Assembly (NCBI GenBank): GCA_000091205.1
Contig: AP006489.2
Strand: one strand, 5' to 3'
DNA: 64,000 bases
Origin: Cyanidioschyzon merolae
Taxonomy: Eukaryota
The position numbers and the translations under genes are program-made. Below the pieces are notes generated by a model that searched no databases, was not told where the DNA came from, and was given only the letters and a program-made list of their open reading frames with translations. Below are positions 1-12,085 of this stretch, in pieces (position 1 is the stretch's first letter; each line of letters opens with the position of its first letter).

Positions 1-3000
1 GCGACGCCGCCGACGACGACGCGAAAGAAAAGCGACTTGTCCGGCCCAGAGGCTGCCTCTTCGGCGAGCCAAGAGCTCGGAAGCAAGCGGTACAAGCTCC
101 AGTTCACTGCTGTACTGCAGGTCAGGTGGCTCGTCAGCTGCAAAGCACGCCTGTCAGACCGCTTAGACCGGGTTGCTCGCGGCCACAGGCGCGCAGCTCG
201 GACGTAGCCCGGGGCTTGACGACCACGACACTGCTCGTGGACTGCAGGTGCGGCCGACTTCCACAGCGGCTGTCTTACGGTGATTCGATGAGCACAGAGA
301 AACATCGCACCGCCACCTATAGCCGCAGGTCGGAGTCACTACCACAAAGCACCCTCTGTGCTTTTTCCTTTCAGTTAAGGTCCCCTAGTCGTCAAACGCT
401 CGGCTGTCAGTGCCCAAAGCCGAAATGCAGGACGCAAGCGGGGATGTCCGCAACAGCACCAGCACCGACTGCGGTGTCAGCTGCCTGCCTACAGTGTTGC
501 CCGCGGGATGTGCACTTTCGTACTGTGCTCACGTTGTGTATGCTGCGCAGTGACGGCGTTGGATGCAACAGAGAAAAGTGCAACTGAGCAAACATGTTCC
601 AGGAATTTTTTCTTGGAATCAGAACTAGCGTACTTGTCGCAGTGATCGACAGGCTCGCTGTTATCCACAGTGGTGGACGGTAGCGCGAACTGCCTCTGCG
701 GATGGATATCGCACGGAACGAGAAGCGCTGCTTGCATGCACGTACGCTTTCCTAGGACCCGAACTCAGAGATGGTACTTGCGACGCATGGTAAGCTCTGG
801 ATATGGAAGGCAGTGCCCGCCAAACCTAACTAGCTGCTTCACCAGACGACGATCAAATTCTATATTGCGAGTGCTTGGCATCCGGATTCATCCCGAAACA
901 ACTCGATACCCAAAGCACAGAGATTGCTTCAACAAGTGATCCAGATGCGAGCGCTCATGCTCCAGTGCGGGAGCAGCAAGTACAGCTACAACGTCTTGCC
1001 ACGCGTCGAAGACGAGCCACTTGCCCTAAATGCCGAGAGCGATGCGCAGGTAGGTATCTGCCCTGACGTATGTGTGTGCAGCGTCCATGAAGACAGCGCT
1101 GTGCGTTGCGCGGCTGGAGTGTCTCTCGGAGACGTGCTTTTGATCACATACGTAGAATCAGGACTGTAGGCGTCATACACAAAGCACTGAAATGTGGAAT
1201 ACATGTATCATCATGATCTTTTTGACTTTGTTCGTCGTTGTCTCGCGGAGGTATTGGACAAAGGGAATGAATCCTGTCGATAGGGGGAAACGCCGCGGAA
1301 AGAATTCATGCTGGGGCTGCTCGCTTGCGAAAAACTGGTTCACTCGCCCAAGTCAGTCATTCTGGCATTCAGCACGTACTTGAAGCGAGCTTCTCGTGGC
1401 GCTGATGCCGAACCTCTTGCACCCAAAACGGAACCTGTCGTTCTCTATTTAGACAAATGTCTGACTGGTTGTCCATACATTCCCGTCCGTTATTCCTTTG
1501 TGAAAACCTCTCAAAGAAGCCACAGGACGCGACTTTTTCCTACTAAGGATACGAAAAGTGACGAAGAGGCACTGATGGACATAGGGAGAAAACGTGCTTC
1601 TACGGGACTCCGTCACGCGTTGAACAGCACACGAACACTGTTGTACTGAAACGCAAACGCTTCCCACACAATGGACGAGTGTTCGTCGCCCTGGACGTTA
1701 CGCGATTCGAGAAAAACGCTCGACCTGTATACGGTACTCAAAGAGGTTTAGAACGCTGTCCGTACAGAAGATGCGAGCGAGCATGACAACAATAAAAGTC
1801 CTAGCGGCTCTTCAAAGGTGCAATCGCCTACATATCACCAGGCGGAGAGGATCAATCGACATCTCATTGTTCGTTGACGCGTGCTTCGTGGCTTCTCCTT
1901 CCTCGGTGCTGCTGTCCTACTCTCGGACAAGGTCGCCGTCCATCAAGTAAAAGCGGTCATGCGGCACCCGACATACGTTGGCGTTGAGCTGATCTTCGTA
2001 CCAGCTTCTGCGTTCTGGTGCAATCCAGTCGAAAACATCTTGTCTAGTGCGAAGCGCCGGTTTTCGCGCCCACGGATCAATAGATTGGTCAGTTGCACCC
2101 GCGACGCTGAAAGCTGCAGGACGCCACTGAGGATCGCGTAGCTTTCTAGTCGAGGAAGGCTCGCCTAGCACTCATCGCCTCGACGCACCTCGTCAAGCAA
2201 ATGTGCGTAAGTTTCTCGGACACACGGCATCGAGCTGTCCTTTTTCCACTCGAATTTTCTGATGAAATTTCCCTGCGACAGTACAACGGATATTCGTTAG
2301 AAAGCACGCAACTCGATCTGATGTAATGATCAGAGGTTTGGAGGCACACTTCCCAGCATACCTTCAGACGTGGACGCGTCACGTTGTCAATTGAGGTAAA
2401 CGATACAGCACAGGTGTGAAAAATTATTGAACAAGACTCAAAAAGCAAATCCATTTGCAGGTCAATGTCGAGCGATTCATGAGGTCTGTCTCGTGAGCGT
2501 TGTACGCTCAACTCGCTGGTCCAAGAAACTGAAGACTACTTCAAGCGGATTTCACGCTTCAGAGAGTATATGAGTACCCAAACTTAGCATGCGGACAATC
2601 TTATGGACGCTTGCATAGCATTGCGCTGGGGTCGCCATTTGTTTCGGTTCGCGATGAGTGCAAAAAACTTGCATTCGCCAAGTTCCTCCATGGTTTCATA
2701 AAGGAAATAGCTGCTCAGTCGAGTTGATTTGCGGTTGCCTAGTGCGTATCACGTGGCGCAGCGCGCCACGGTCACGTTCCTGCTCCTTCGACGAGTCCAG
2801 CAAGCGACCCTGCATGATTCCCGTTGATGCGCTCCGAGCGACACAGACGCATCACGAGCACGGGCGGACATGGAATCTGGAATAGAACAAGCGTTTGAAA
2901 CAGCGCCGAATACACGAAATTGCAAACAATACGCTGAGCAAACCTCCGAAAGCAAGGCAATTGCATCCGTGACCCTCGCGTTGGTGGAACTCCGCCAACA

Positions 3001-3633
3001 ACAGTGCACGACAGCACGTTCTGCACGACGACCTGAACACCCCGGTCAGTATCCGAAAAACAACTTCACGTTTCCGGAACGTCCATTGGCTCTGTATTGA
3101 GCAAACGTTTCTAGTGATCAGGATGAACACAGAGTAGGCATCGTGCTGAAACACTGAACACTTTCAAAAAACAGTTAGTGTCTAGATGATAGGGCAATGG
3201 AATCCAGGAAAACTGTAGCGCCCTATACACGCACACTGGAAACAATGCCCCTGAACAATCACCCTTGTGCTCCATTATGGGATATCAAAGCGATCATTGC
3301 GAGTGATGCAGTGCTCCCCACGGAGTTGTCACAGCAAGCCTGTGGCGTGACTGCCAATGCCGTGCACGCACGCAGACACCACGTTGCAGGGCATTCGCGC
3401 ATGCATTGCAGCGCGCGCGCGCGCGATAGAGACGCCCTGGCAGCTCGATGGGCGACAAAAGTCGCGTCGACGCGTCACGAAGCGGTACTGCGACGCCTGC
3501 CTCCGCATCAAGAACTGGAGCACAGCATCGCGTTGCGTTGCACGACACTGTGTAGAGCGCAGAGCGGTTGCTGTGCAGCTAGCGTGCCTGTCGCTCCTGA
3601 CACTGACGCCCTGGGCTGCTTCAGCGTCTCCGT

Positions 3634-6324
3634 ATGGGCCTCCTCACGACTGGCCGCCCGCTCGGCTGGTGGGACGCCCAACCCCACCTGGACTACGTTC
3701 GCGAGCACGGCATCGAGCAGTTTGTGAACGTGTTCTGCGCAACGCGTGATCGCCAAGGTGACGTGCTCAAATGGGGCGACGAGATCGAGTACACACTCCT
3801 AGTTTTGAATGAGTCCGAGCGTTGCACATACTTATCGCTTCGGGCACCGCAGGTGATCCAAGAGTTGCAGTCCGAGGAGCGACTCGTGAGTCGCAATTCG
3901 CTTGCCGACGTGCAGGAGCATGTGACCGGAGAGTCGGAGCTGTCTGAATTCGACTCTGCTCCAGTTCCAGAGACACTGTGGCGCCCAGAGTATGCCAACT
4001 GGATGGTTGAAGGTACACCTGGTGTACCCTACTCGTGTTATATGCGAGACCTTGTTTTGGTGGAGCAGAATATGGCACTGCGGCGAGCCCAGATACGCCG
4101 AGTCCTGCGGCCGAACGAGCGCTTGCTCTCGCTCACTGCTTATCCGCTGCTGGGCTGCGGGCGTTTTTGTGAGCCTGCTGGAGACGGGGTTTGCGGTCCA
4201 CTTGCGCGCTCACTTTACCTTCCAGATGCGGTCATTAACCCGCACCCGCGATTCGGTACGCTCACCCGGAACATTCGGCTACGACGAGGCGAGCCGGTCG
4301 CCATTCATGTGCCTCTGTATCGAGACAAGAGCACGCCGTCTGAGATTCCTCTCTGGGAGGGTGGTTCGCGACACGGCGGCGTTGTTGACATCGATCTGCA
4401 TCAGATTGTTGACGAAAAACTCGCAACGACATCTCTGTCGCAGGACAACACCGACCAGAACGTTGGGTCTGTTCGGAGTGACGAAGCCGTGCGGCGACAG
4501 CGGCTGGCTTGGTCACTGTCGCAGGCCAGCAGCGATACTGAATTAGTACTTGTACCGATTGAAGCACCGAGTGTCGATGGTCCCGAGCGTCCCGAAGCGC
4601 TTGACGCGCAACACGACGGCCTCGGCTACTTGTGCGAGAAGGCTGGGCTTGCATCGTGGAATGAGCGAAATCGCGACGGGAGGCACACCAGTCCAGATAT
4701 CTACATGGATGCTATGGGCTTTGGGATGGGCCTCTGTTGTCTGCAAATTACCCTGCAGGCAGCGAATATGGACGAGGGTCGGTACCTCTACGACCAGCTC
4801 GCGGTGTTGGCCCCGGTCATGTTGGCACTGACCGCAGCGACACCAGCGCTGCGCGGTTTTCTCACCGATACCGATGTGCGATGGAGTATCATCAGCGCTT
4901 CGGTAGACGATCGGACCGCTTTGGAGCGCGCATTAGGATGCCCGCCCAAGTCGCGATATTCCTCGATTGACTGTTTCATCAGTAATAGACCGGAAATGAA
5001 AGCCGCCCTCTACAACGATATCCCCGTACTGGTGGATGCACGTGCCTATCGACGACTTCGCGAAGCCGGTGTCGACGAGCACCTCGCACGCCACGTTGCG
5101 CATCTCTTCATTCGAGATCCGCTGGTCATATTTGATGACTTTGCCACCGTCGACGACCGTGTATCGTTGACTCATTTCGAGAATATCCAATCCACGAACT
5201 GGAATACGGTGCGGTTCAAGCCGCCGAGCCAGACTGGCCCGAATACGTCCGCGGGCTGGCGAACCGAGTTCCGCTCGATGGAGCTCCAGATCACGGACTT
5301 TGAAAATGCCGCGTTCACGGTGTTCATGGTGCTGCTGTCCCGCTGCATTCTGGCGTTTGGCATGAACCTGTACATTCCGATATCGAAGCATGATGAGAAT
5401 CTTGTGACTGCACACCAGCGCGACGCTGTGCGCCAAGGCAAGTTCTGGTTCCGCAAACATATTTTCTCTCGCGAAGCAGAGCTCTCCTGCTCTGTCCGGT
5501 GTCACTATCGATGCGCTTGCGGTTCGGAGCACTGTGTCTCGTTCCAGAGCCTGAACGCGGGGTCACCAGCCGGTTCGCAATCGTCGCCATCGCAGTCTTG
5601 TCCATTCCGCTTCTGCACCGATCCGGATCCCGAGGCCATGGAGCTCATGACCATCGACGAGATCATGAATGGAAAACCCTGCTGCGAGAAACACGCTTTT
5701 CGCAAAGCCTACCCCGGCCTCCTGACGCTCGTTCGGGTCTACCTCGACGCAATCCCGGGTCTCGATCGGGCCACGAGAATGCGTCTTGGAGCCTATTTGG
5801 ACTTTGTAGCTGCACGTTCCAGTGGAAGGCTGCTGACCTGTGCGGCATGGATGCGAGAATTCATTCTCAAGCACCCCAGCTATCGACATGATTCAAAAGT
5901 GACTCCCGAGGCATGTTACGATCTGATCCAACGTTGCATAGAACTTTCAGAGGGTCGTTGTGGTGAACCGGCGCTCTTGGGCGATTTCTGGCCCGAGCAT
6001 CATATTGACGGGGAGTTAACGAGCCATGATTTTTCAAAATTACGAAACCAGATACATGAAGAGGATTCTCCGCAGTTGCGCGGAGAGTCATTCCGCGAAG
6101 AGCTCCTCCCAGCAGCTGCATCGCGAATCCTCGAGACGGTATCGATATCCGCGCGGACGCACGCGGGCGTTGCTGAGCATCATCACGATCAGCATGCTCG
6201 TCATCGCGGCTGTGATTACCACCAAGCACATGGTGTCGACGAACGTCAACGTCGTCACCATCGAGGTGCTGGTGCTTTGGGGCGCTTTCAAGAGGCAAGG
6301 CACCAGGCAGACCAACACTTGTGA
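3634..6324 (+). CDS. GCLC: Glutamate-cysteine ligase catalytic subunit (gamma-glutamylcysteine synthetase). The end-to-end conserved core is followed by a roughly 100-aa His/Arg-rich C-terminal extension, so the true 3' end is uncertain.
   Basis: Translation starts MGLLTTGRPLGWWD...VLKWGDEIEYTLLV and carries PRFGTLTRNIRLRRGE, PDIYMDAMGFGMGLCCLQITLQA, RWSIISASVDDRT, HVAHLFIRDPL, HFENIQSTNWNTVRFKPP, GWRTEFRSMELQITDFENAAF, ARWMREF, which are collinear with animal/fungal GCLC. It is a single 896-aa ORF. Confidence 0.88.
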   Translation: MGLLTTGRPLGWWDAQPHLDYVREHGIEQFVNVFCATRDRQGDVLKWGDEIEYTLLVLNESERCTYLSLRAPQVIQELQSEERLVSRNSLADVQEHVTGESELSEFDSAPVPETLWRPEYANWMVEGTPGVPYSCYMRDLVLVEQNMALRRAQIRRVLRPNERLLSLTAYPLLGCGRFCEPAGDGVCGPLARSLYLPDAVINPHPRFGTLTRNIRLRRGEPVAIHVPLYRDKSTPSEIPLWEGGSRHGGVVDIDLHQIVDEKLATTSLSQDNTDQNVGSVRSDEAVRRQRLAWSLSQASSDTELVLVPIEAPSVDGPERPEALDAQHDGLGYLCEKAGLASWNERNRDGRHTSPDIYMDAMGFGMGLCCLQITLQAANMDEGRYLYDQLAVLAPVMLALTAATPALRGFLTDTDVRWSIISASVDDRTALERALGCPPKSRYSSIDCFISNRPEMKAALYNDIPVLVDARAYRRLREAGVDEHLARHVAHLFIRDPLVIFDDFATVDDRVSLTHFENIQSTNWNTVRFKPPSQTGPNTSAGWRTEFRSMELQITDFENAAFTVFMVLLSRCILAFGMNLYIPISKHDENLVTAHQRDAVRQGKFWFRKHIFSREAELSCSVRCHYRCACGSEHCVSFQSLNAGSPAGSQSSPSQSCPFRFCTDPDPEAMELMTIDEIMNGKPCCEKHAFRKAYPGLLTLVRVYLDAIPGLDRATRMRLGAYLDFVAARSSGRLLTCAAWMREFILKHPSYRHDSKVTPEACYDLIQRCIELSEGRCGEPALLGDFWPEHHIDGELTSHDFSKLRNQIHEEDSPQLRGESFREELLPAAASRILETVSISARTHAGVAEHHHDQHARHRGCDYHQAHGVDERQRRHHRGAGALGRFQEARHQADQHL

Positions 6325-7821
6325 GCGCTGGGCTGCGTTCGGGTTCTAGGAGGCGCGAGCTAGGTGGCATGTGTTTGTAAAATGCAGAAGGCACACCGCA
6401 GTCTCGCCCGGCATGTAAACCGCATCGATTAGAAATGGTTGCAGTCTCGTACACCCAGTGACGGAAGCGACGCGTGTCAAGTCGCGGGCTCCATCACTCG
6501 GATCGTCGCACGGGAGCTGCTAGCGTCGCTTTTTTCCTTCACGGGGATTGCAGTGACCATCCGACGCGATTCACGACTTTTAGGTACGCGGCAATCCGAA
6601 GGCGTCAGGGGTTTGGCTGCCCCCTCGATCTCGCGCCTCGACAGGTACGAACAAATTGCTGCATGGAAGAGTCGCGATCCTTATGCAGAACCCGCGGGGC
6701 TCGCTGGGGTTGCCAGCGACCCGCGCACGACGCGACGGCGCGCTCAGAGGCCGTTCACGAGAATCGGACGCGCTCCGTTAGAGGCGCGAAACGCATCTGA
6801 CGATACACAGCGTATGCTTCAAGTCAGTAGCAGGGACCCGGTGGCGTTGATAACGGTCCTCTGATGTTTTGAATCAAAACATTGAGACGAACAACAGCCG
6901 ACTGCACATGGACGTGCGCAAAACCTACCAACACCTGAGCGAGCACCAATCGACCGAACTCGAGTGCTTCGCAAGAGCAGAAAACACATGCACGTAGAGC
7001 TGCGTCGCGAATACGCAGCTCCATTCGTCACGCTAGACGCGGGGGAAACGCGTCTCGCTGACGGGACACGTTGCGCAATGTGTGTCATGCATGCGTGCTC
7101 GGATGTGTGCAATGGAGGCTGGGATGGAGTATTCCAAACAGAACATTTACAAACAATGATCATTGCAAGAGCATGCTTTGTTGCGATGCACTCCTGTCGT
7201 CGTTCCGAATCTGTCATGGCTCTCGGTACCGCAGCTAAGCAGAGGAGCGCGTGTCGCCAGCTACCCATGTGGAGCCGCCGCGAGTGCGGAACGCTACCAT
7301 AGCCCCGCTTGGCTCTGCGCACTTGCCACAAGCTTTCAAGATCGATTCTTGAGATAAAAAGCGTTCATTTGGGGCCCATGCGAAGCCTGCGGGCGGCGTC
7401 TGGCGAACTGGTGCGCGCACTCAACGCGTCAGTGACGAGTTTGACACTGACGCTTGCACACAGGCCCGGATGATGCTCAGCTCCGGTGCGCAGCTTGACT
7501 CCAAGGAATCAATATTTTCAGCAGCACATACGATCAAACTAACAACTGTACTTGCGCAGTAACGGGCAGCGTTTATGAGGTCCGATAAAAGAACGCCCGG
7601 GACTTGGAGAACGTCACCGATACAGCTCGGCAACTCCTCGGTGAAAAGCGCGGCACAGCCTGAAAGTCCAGGTGTAGCAGTGGGAGAAGCCGCAGGAGTT
7701 ACAGCCTCAACAAAACGAAACATAACGAAAACGAATATAACGAGGAGTATTAACCTTCGTGCGAACATTTAGCCTCCAGGTCACTTTTGGAGAGGAAACA
7801 CACGAAACGCCGAAAAGCGTA

Positions 7822-7850
7822 TGCGTGCGCGCGTGCGTGCGTGCGTGCGC
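7822..7850. repeat. (GCGT)n microsatellite
   Basis: tgcgtgcgcgcgtgcgtgcgtgcgtgcgc is read directly from the sequence; it is intergenic. Confidence 0.9.
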
Positions 7851-7914
7851 AATCCAAACGATCCCTAAATTGGTTGCCGCTGTGCTGTCCACCAGCGCGG
7901 TGCTGTCCAGGGCT

Positions 7915-7917
<3 letters not shown>

Positions 7918-7953
<36 letters not shown>
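7918..7953. repeat. (AGC)12 trinucleotide microsatellite
   Basis: A perfect agc x12 run that gives homopolymeric S/A/Q tracts in all overlapping spurious ORFs. No credible gene is present here. Confidence 0.9.
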
Positions 7954-7954
<1 letters not shown>

Positions 7955-9266
7955 CCTCGCGCACCTCATCGCTACCACACGTGCGGTTTCGGTACCGGAT
8001 CCGTGCCTGCAACTGGACGCGCCCGGGATACGCAAGCGGAATGCGCTCGTCGGGGTGCCTGCTCCATGGCGCCGTTGATGAGCAAACATGCACTGCATCT
8101 GTTTCAGGTACGTCTATCTGGTATCGTTGGCTTCACCAATGTTCGAGGTCGATAGTCACAGCGTATGACAGCCGCAAACGCTCAGGATCAGACGCTGGAA
8201 GGGTGGTGTTTTTGGTGCGCCTCTCCATGGTCGCAACTCGGCTGCTCCAGATGCCCCCAGAGGCCGTCATCCCGTCGAACTGGGCCTTGAATGGAAATAT
8301 AGGTTGGGGCGGCTGCACGTAGCCGAGTTGACGCGGACAGCACAACTGCATCGGCCGTCGAAAGTGAGCCTGAACTGCGAGTCGCGACCTCGAGAGGCAC
8401 CGCCAAGCTGCTCCGCGGCCGTCTGGAAGCTGCCGCTTTTGCGTTTGCAGTGCATCCACGTCCTTGTCAAGCGTCTGCGGCACGACAGGTACCTTGAGGA
8501 TCCATGTTAATGGATCGTGCGAGAGCCAGCTCCCAACGATAACACTGGTCTGGGGCTCGTATATCCTATATGCATCTCTGGAAGAAAGGAGGTCTGCTGC
8601 TGACACATCGACAGCAGTCGCGTATCCAAGGAGTTTGCAGGTTCGCCGCTCTGCGCATGTGCTCCATCGACAGCAAATCATCAGCGTCGGCGACGGAGGA
8701 TCCGTATCTGCGAAGCGACTTGCACCAGAACCATTGACGCGGGACGTGCGGTTTCAAGCTCAGAAAACTTACGGAAGGGCTGCGTTCGCTGAACCGCTTC
8801 GCATAATGCCTTGAAAAAAGCCGCTTATCATCGCTGGGAATGATTCTGGAGAACTCGGACGAGCGCTGCTCACTGGCGCGGCAGGTACGTTGCTGCGAGC
8901 AACGCTGGTTCCAGGAGACTCGCGAACAGGCTACTGCGGGTGACCTCGCGAGCATGCTGCTCGCGGCGGAAATGCTATGCCATAGTTACGGTTGCTCGCA
9001 TAGTCGTTATGAACGGTTTCGAGAGGCGCTCCACTTTCTGCGTCTGTACCTGGTTCGGCGCTACGGCACTGCGAACCTGCTGCAGCTCGAGGTGCTGGCG
9101 CAGTCGGGTGCCTCCGCCGACGAGACGCTTCCTCGGGCACTCTTTTTATACCGGCAAGCACGGATCGAGCTCGCAGGTTTGGAAACACCATAATTTAAAG
9201 TTCAGGCGAGCATCGTTCACCTCCCGAGGAGACTGGGTCCGTTCTGGTTGAACCTGCGGAACCGGG

Positions 9267-10502
9267 ATGCCCGACCAGCTCAGCGGGGACGGCGGGTCGG
9301 CACCCGACGCGCCCGAGGCGCTGCTGCCACCACCCGAGAAGCGGGCCCGCACCCTACCCGCAACTGGAACGTCCACGCAAAGCACCCAGGTGACGCCAGC
9401 GCTGACAAGTGAGCGCTCGGTAACCTCGAGCAGACAACTCCGCCTCGTCACCTGGAACGTGGCCTCCTACCGCAGCGCTTCGACTGCACTGCTCAAATAC
9501 GTTCACGAAGCTAATCCAGATATCATCTGTTTACAGGAGACGAAGCTGCAGGCGAACGCGACACCCGGGCCGTTTCTTCTGCCTCAGTACCGTTACAAGA
9601 CCTGGTTTTGCAGTACAGCGCGCAAGGGTTACTCTGGCACCGCAGTGTTATCGAAACTCAAGCCTCAAAGCGTACATCGGGGAATACCAGGTCACCCGGA
9701 ACACGATGCTGAAGGTCGCTGCATCGTCTACGAATATCCCGACCTTGTCTTAGTGAACGTGTACGTACCAAACTCGGGACTGAGGTCCTGCGAGCGCCTT
9801 GCGTACCGAGTCCAAGAGTGGGATTCTGCCCTGCGCGACTACCTCCGACAACTAGCGGCAACGCGACGATCCATCATTCTCTGTGGCGACATGAATGTGG
9901 CTCTAGACGATCGCGACGTCTATTCGGTGGAGGCTTGTCGAGGGTGTGCGGGTTTCACCAGCGATGAGCGGGAGAGCTTTCGGAGAACGCTCTCGGAAGC
10001 GGGTCTGGTGGACGCTTTCATGGCTCTGCATGGCAACGAGGCGACACCGCGCTTTACATTTTGGGATTATCGGGATTCTATGGGAGGCGTTCGACGGAAC
10101 GGGTGGCGAATCGATCTCTTCTGCGTCAGTGCAGCCATGGTGGGTCAGGGTCGGACACCGCGGCAGGTACTGCGGCATAACGATGCTTCCGCAGAGGCCT
10201 GCACCGCTGACACCTCCCCGCAATCGATGGCGACGGAGAGCGTCTGGAAAGTAGTGCAAGTGCGTCCGCGCCCGGATATCTACGGAAGCGATCACTGCCC
10301 TGTCGAGATGGTGCTAGCTTTTGTGCCTGACGCGGAAGCAAGCGCCGCTTTCTCGCAACCATTGGTGAACGTGCCTGAGCGGCGGGAAAGCGCTGAATGC
10401 TCGAGTCCGGTGCGTACCGATGACGATGCATCCGGCTGCTGCCCCGAGCGCGGCGACTCGGACAAGGCCGACCCAGCATGCCCAGGGGTAAAGCAAAGCT
10501 AG
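9267..10502 (+). CDS. AP endonuclease of the exonuclease III / APE1 family (DNA base-excision repair). It has a roughly 60-aa N-terminal extension and a roughly 45-aa insertion before the C-terminal catalytic His.
   Basis: Motifs LRLVTWNVASYRS, PDIICLQETKL, KGYSGTAVLS, EGRCIVYEYPDLVLVNVYVPNSG, ILCGDMNVA, AGFTSDERESF, FTFWDYR, GWRIDLFCVS and GSDHCPVEMVL match the ExoIII/APE1 catalytic core in order. Confidence 0.85.
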   Translation: MPDQLSGDGGSAPDAPEALLPPPEKRARTLPATGTSTQSTQVTPALTSERSVTSSRQLRLVTWNVASYRSASTALLKYVHEANPDIICLQETKLQANATPGPFLLPQYRYKTWFCSTARKGYSGTAVLSKLKPQSVHRGIPGHPEHDAEGRCIVYEYPDLVLVNVYVPNSGLRSCERLAYRVQEWDSALRDYLRQLAATRRSIILCGDMNVALDDRDVYSVEACRGCAGFTSDERESFRRTLSEAGLVDAFMALHGNEATPRFTFWDYRDSMGGVRRNGWRIDLFCVSAAMVGQGRTPRQVLRHNDASAEACTADTSPQSMATESVWKVVQVRPRPDIYGSDHCPVEMVLAFVPDAEASAAFSQPLVNVPERRESAECSSPVRTDDDASGCCPERGDSDKADPACPGVKQS

Positions 10503-10720
10503 ATCTATCCTGAACCAGTGCGCTCGATATACACGTGTACGTCAAACGTCATTCGGGTAGGTTGAATAACCCGAGCGTCTAGCCCCCGAGGCATCCGCAT
10601 ACCATATACAGGGCTAGCTCACGGTGTCGTGGCGACGGAAAGGGTGCAGCTCCAACCCGCACAGCGCCGAGCGGGTACTTGCAGGTCGAAATCCAATACC
10701 GCTTCGTACCGAGAAGACCG

Positions 10721-11320
10721 TCAATATATTTGATCTGTGGCCGCGACACTGGTCGAAGGTGTCTTGGCCGGAACACTCCGATCAAAACTGCAAGGGAAAC
10801 GAGTAACCCGCGGTTGCTCCGCTAGAATATTGCGCAGGAGTTTGTCCCACTGTGGTGGCGAAATCTCCACCGTTGCTGCAGCCTGTGCTTCTGCCTCCGC
10901 TTCGCTCATACCAGCCTGGACTAGTCGCTGCTTCACGCTGCTAGCCGCCTCTTTCAAAACCTCCGGTGGATACTCGTTACATAGATAGTATCCTACCCGG
11001 ATAAACTCCTGCCCACGATAACTGCAGGTCACGAGTACGATCGTAACCCCCGTGGCATCTTCCTCTGGTATCCGTTCTGGTCGCGGCGGTGGCACCTCCA
11101 AGACAAACGCAAAGCGCCCAGGGGTATCCGCGGGTACCAGAACAGCGTCGAGCTCCTGGTCATAAGATTCGGACGACGCTGAACCGACGTAGACGACGCG
11201 CCACTCGATGTCGTCAGAGAGCGCCTCTCGAACCTCGTACGCAATCGCAAAGCGAAGGTTTGAGAGAAAGGGTGCTGGGTTATTTTCCACTGCCACAGAG
11301 ATTATGTCTACAGCAGCCAT
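10721..11320 (-). CDS. ASF1: Histone chaperone ASF1 (anti-silencing function 1).
   Basis: MAAVDIISVAVENNPAPFLSNLRFAIAYEV...DIEWRVVYVGSASSESYDQELDAVLV...VTIVLVTCSYRGQEFIRVGYYLCNEY is collinear with the ASF1 N-terminal core domain. An acidic/Ala-rich tail follows. Confidence 0.9.
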   Translation of the reverse strand: MAAVDIISVAVENNPAPFLSNLRFAIAYEVREALSDDIEWRVVYVGSASSESYDQELDAVLVPADTPGRFAFVLEVPPPRPERIPEEDATGVTIVLVTCSYRGQEFIRVGYYLCNEYPPEVLKEAASSVKQRLVQAGMSEAEAEAQAAATVEISPPQWDKLLRNILAEQPRVTRFPCSFDRSVPAKTPSTSVAATDQIY

Positions 11321-12085
11321 GCTGTTTCACCGGGCACAAGCTCGAAAAGCGTGCCCTTGGCACAGGCAAGGCCAGCTATGTACTGGAACCCGCGCGAAAA
11401 AAAGCGAAATTGTTGTGGGAAATTTTTCCCGCGGCTCTGCAGCAGCCTGTGCGCAGCCACCGGAGAAGGCGCTTGCGTAAGCGCGACTTGCGGGCCCTTC
11501 GATGAGCGCCAATGGAGGATAGACGCAGGTCTTCGATGCTGGTGTTGCTCGCTTCCGCTGTGGTATTGGGACTGGTGCGGCAAACGCTCGCAAGGTGACG
11601 CGAATCTGTTAGATAGGCGAGCGGTGGCTCCGCTTCGACGAGCTCCCGGAGTTTACCTGGTCAACTTTTGTGCAGCTTGGAGGCGCTGCTCGACGTTCCA
11701 GCTTGTAGACAGTCTCATGAAGCAACCACGAAGACACTACGATTTAGGCACCGGTGTACTGAGCGTTATCAGGTGCTTCAGGGAAGCGAGGCGTGCAGGA
11801 CGTTAGGCCAACGTATTCAGAGGGCCGACTTCCTGCCACCCCTAATATCCGTTGTGTCGACGCTGCTTTGGCTCGTTCGATCGCTTGATGCATGCTGCCG
11901 CCAAAGGTCATAGCGACCTATCAGATTGTGCTCGGTACCTCCGGGATGCGGGTGCCAGGTGCGGACGCCTCAGAGCCGCGACCTGCACAAGTGTCGGATT
12001 GTACGCGGTGCTGTGTAAACTGCGAAGCGTTACGCTTAAGGAGACGCTAAGTTAAACATATAGATCTGAACTTTGCTCGGAAGCA

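Noticed and set aside
1-3600. Short ORFs at 126..587, 1308..1649, 1917..2171(-), 2146..2511(-) and 3197..3727.
   Set aside because: None carries a recognisable motif. The 2146-2511/1917-2171 minus pair could be exons of something, but the evidence is insufficient, so they are left unannotated.
7759-8322. 187-aa ORF with poly-Ser, and sister ORFs with poly-Ala and poly-Leu.
   Set aside because: All derive from the (AGC)12 microsatellite read in different frames, with no gene-like context.
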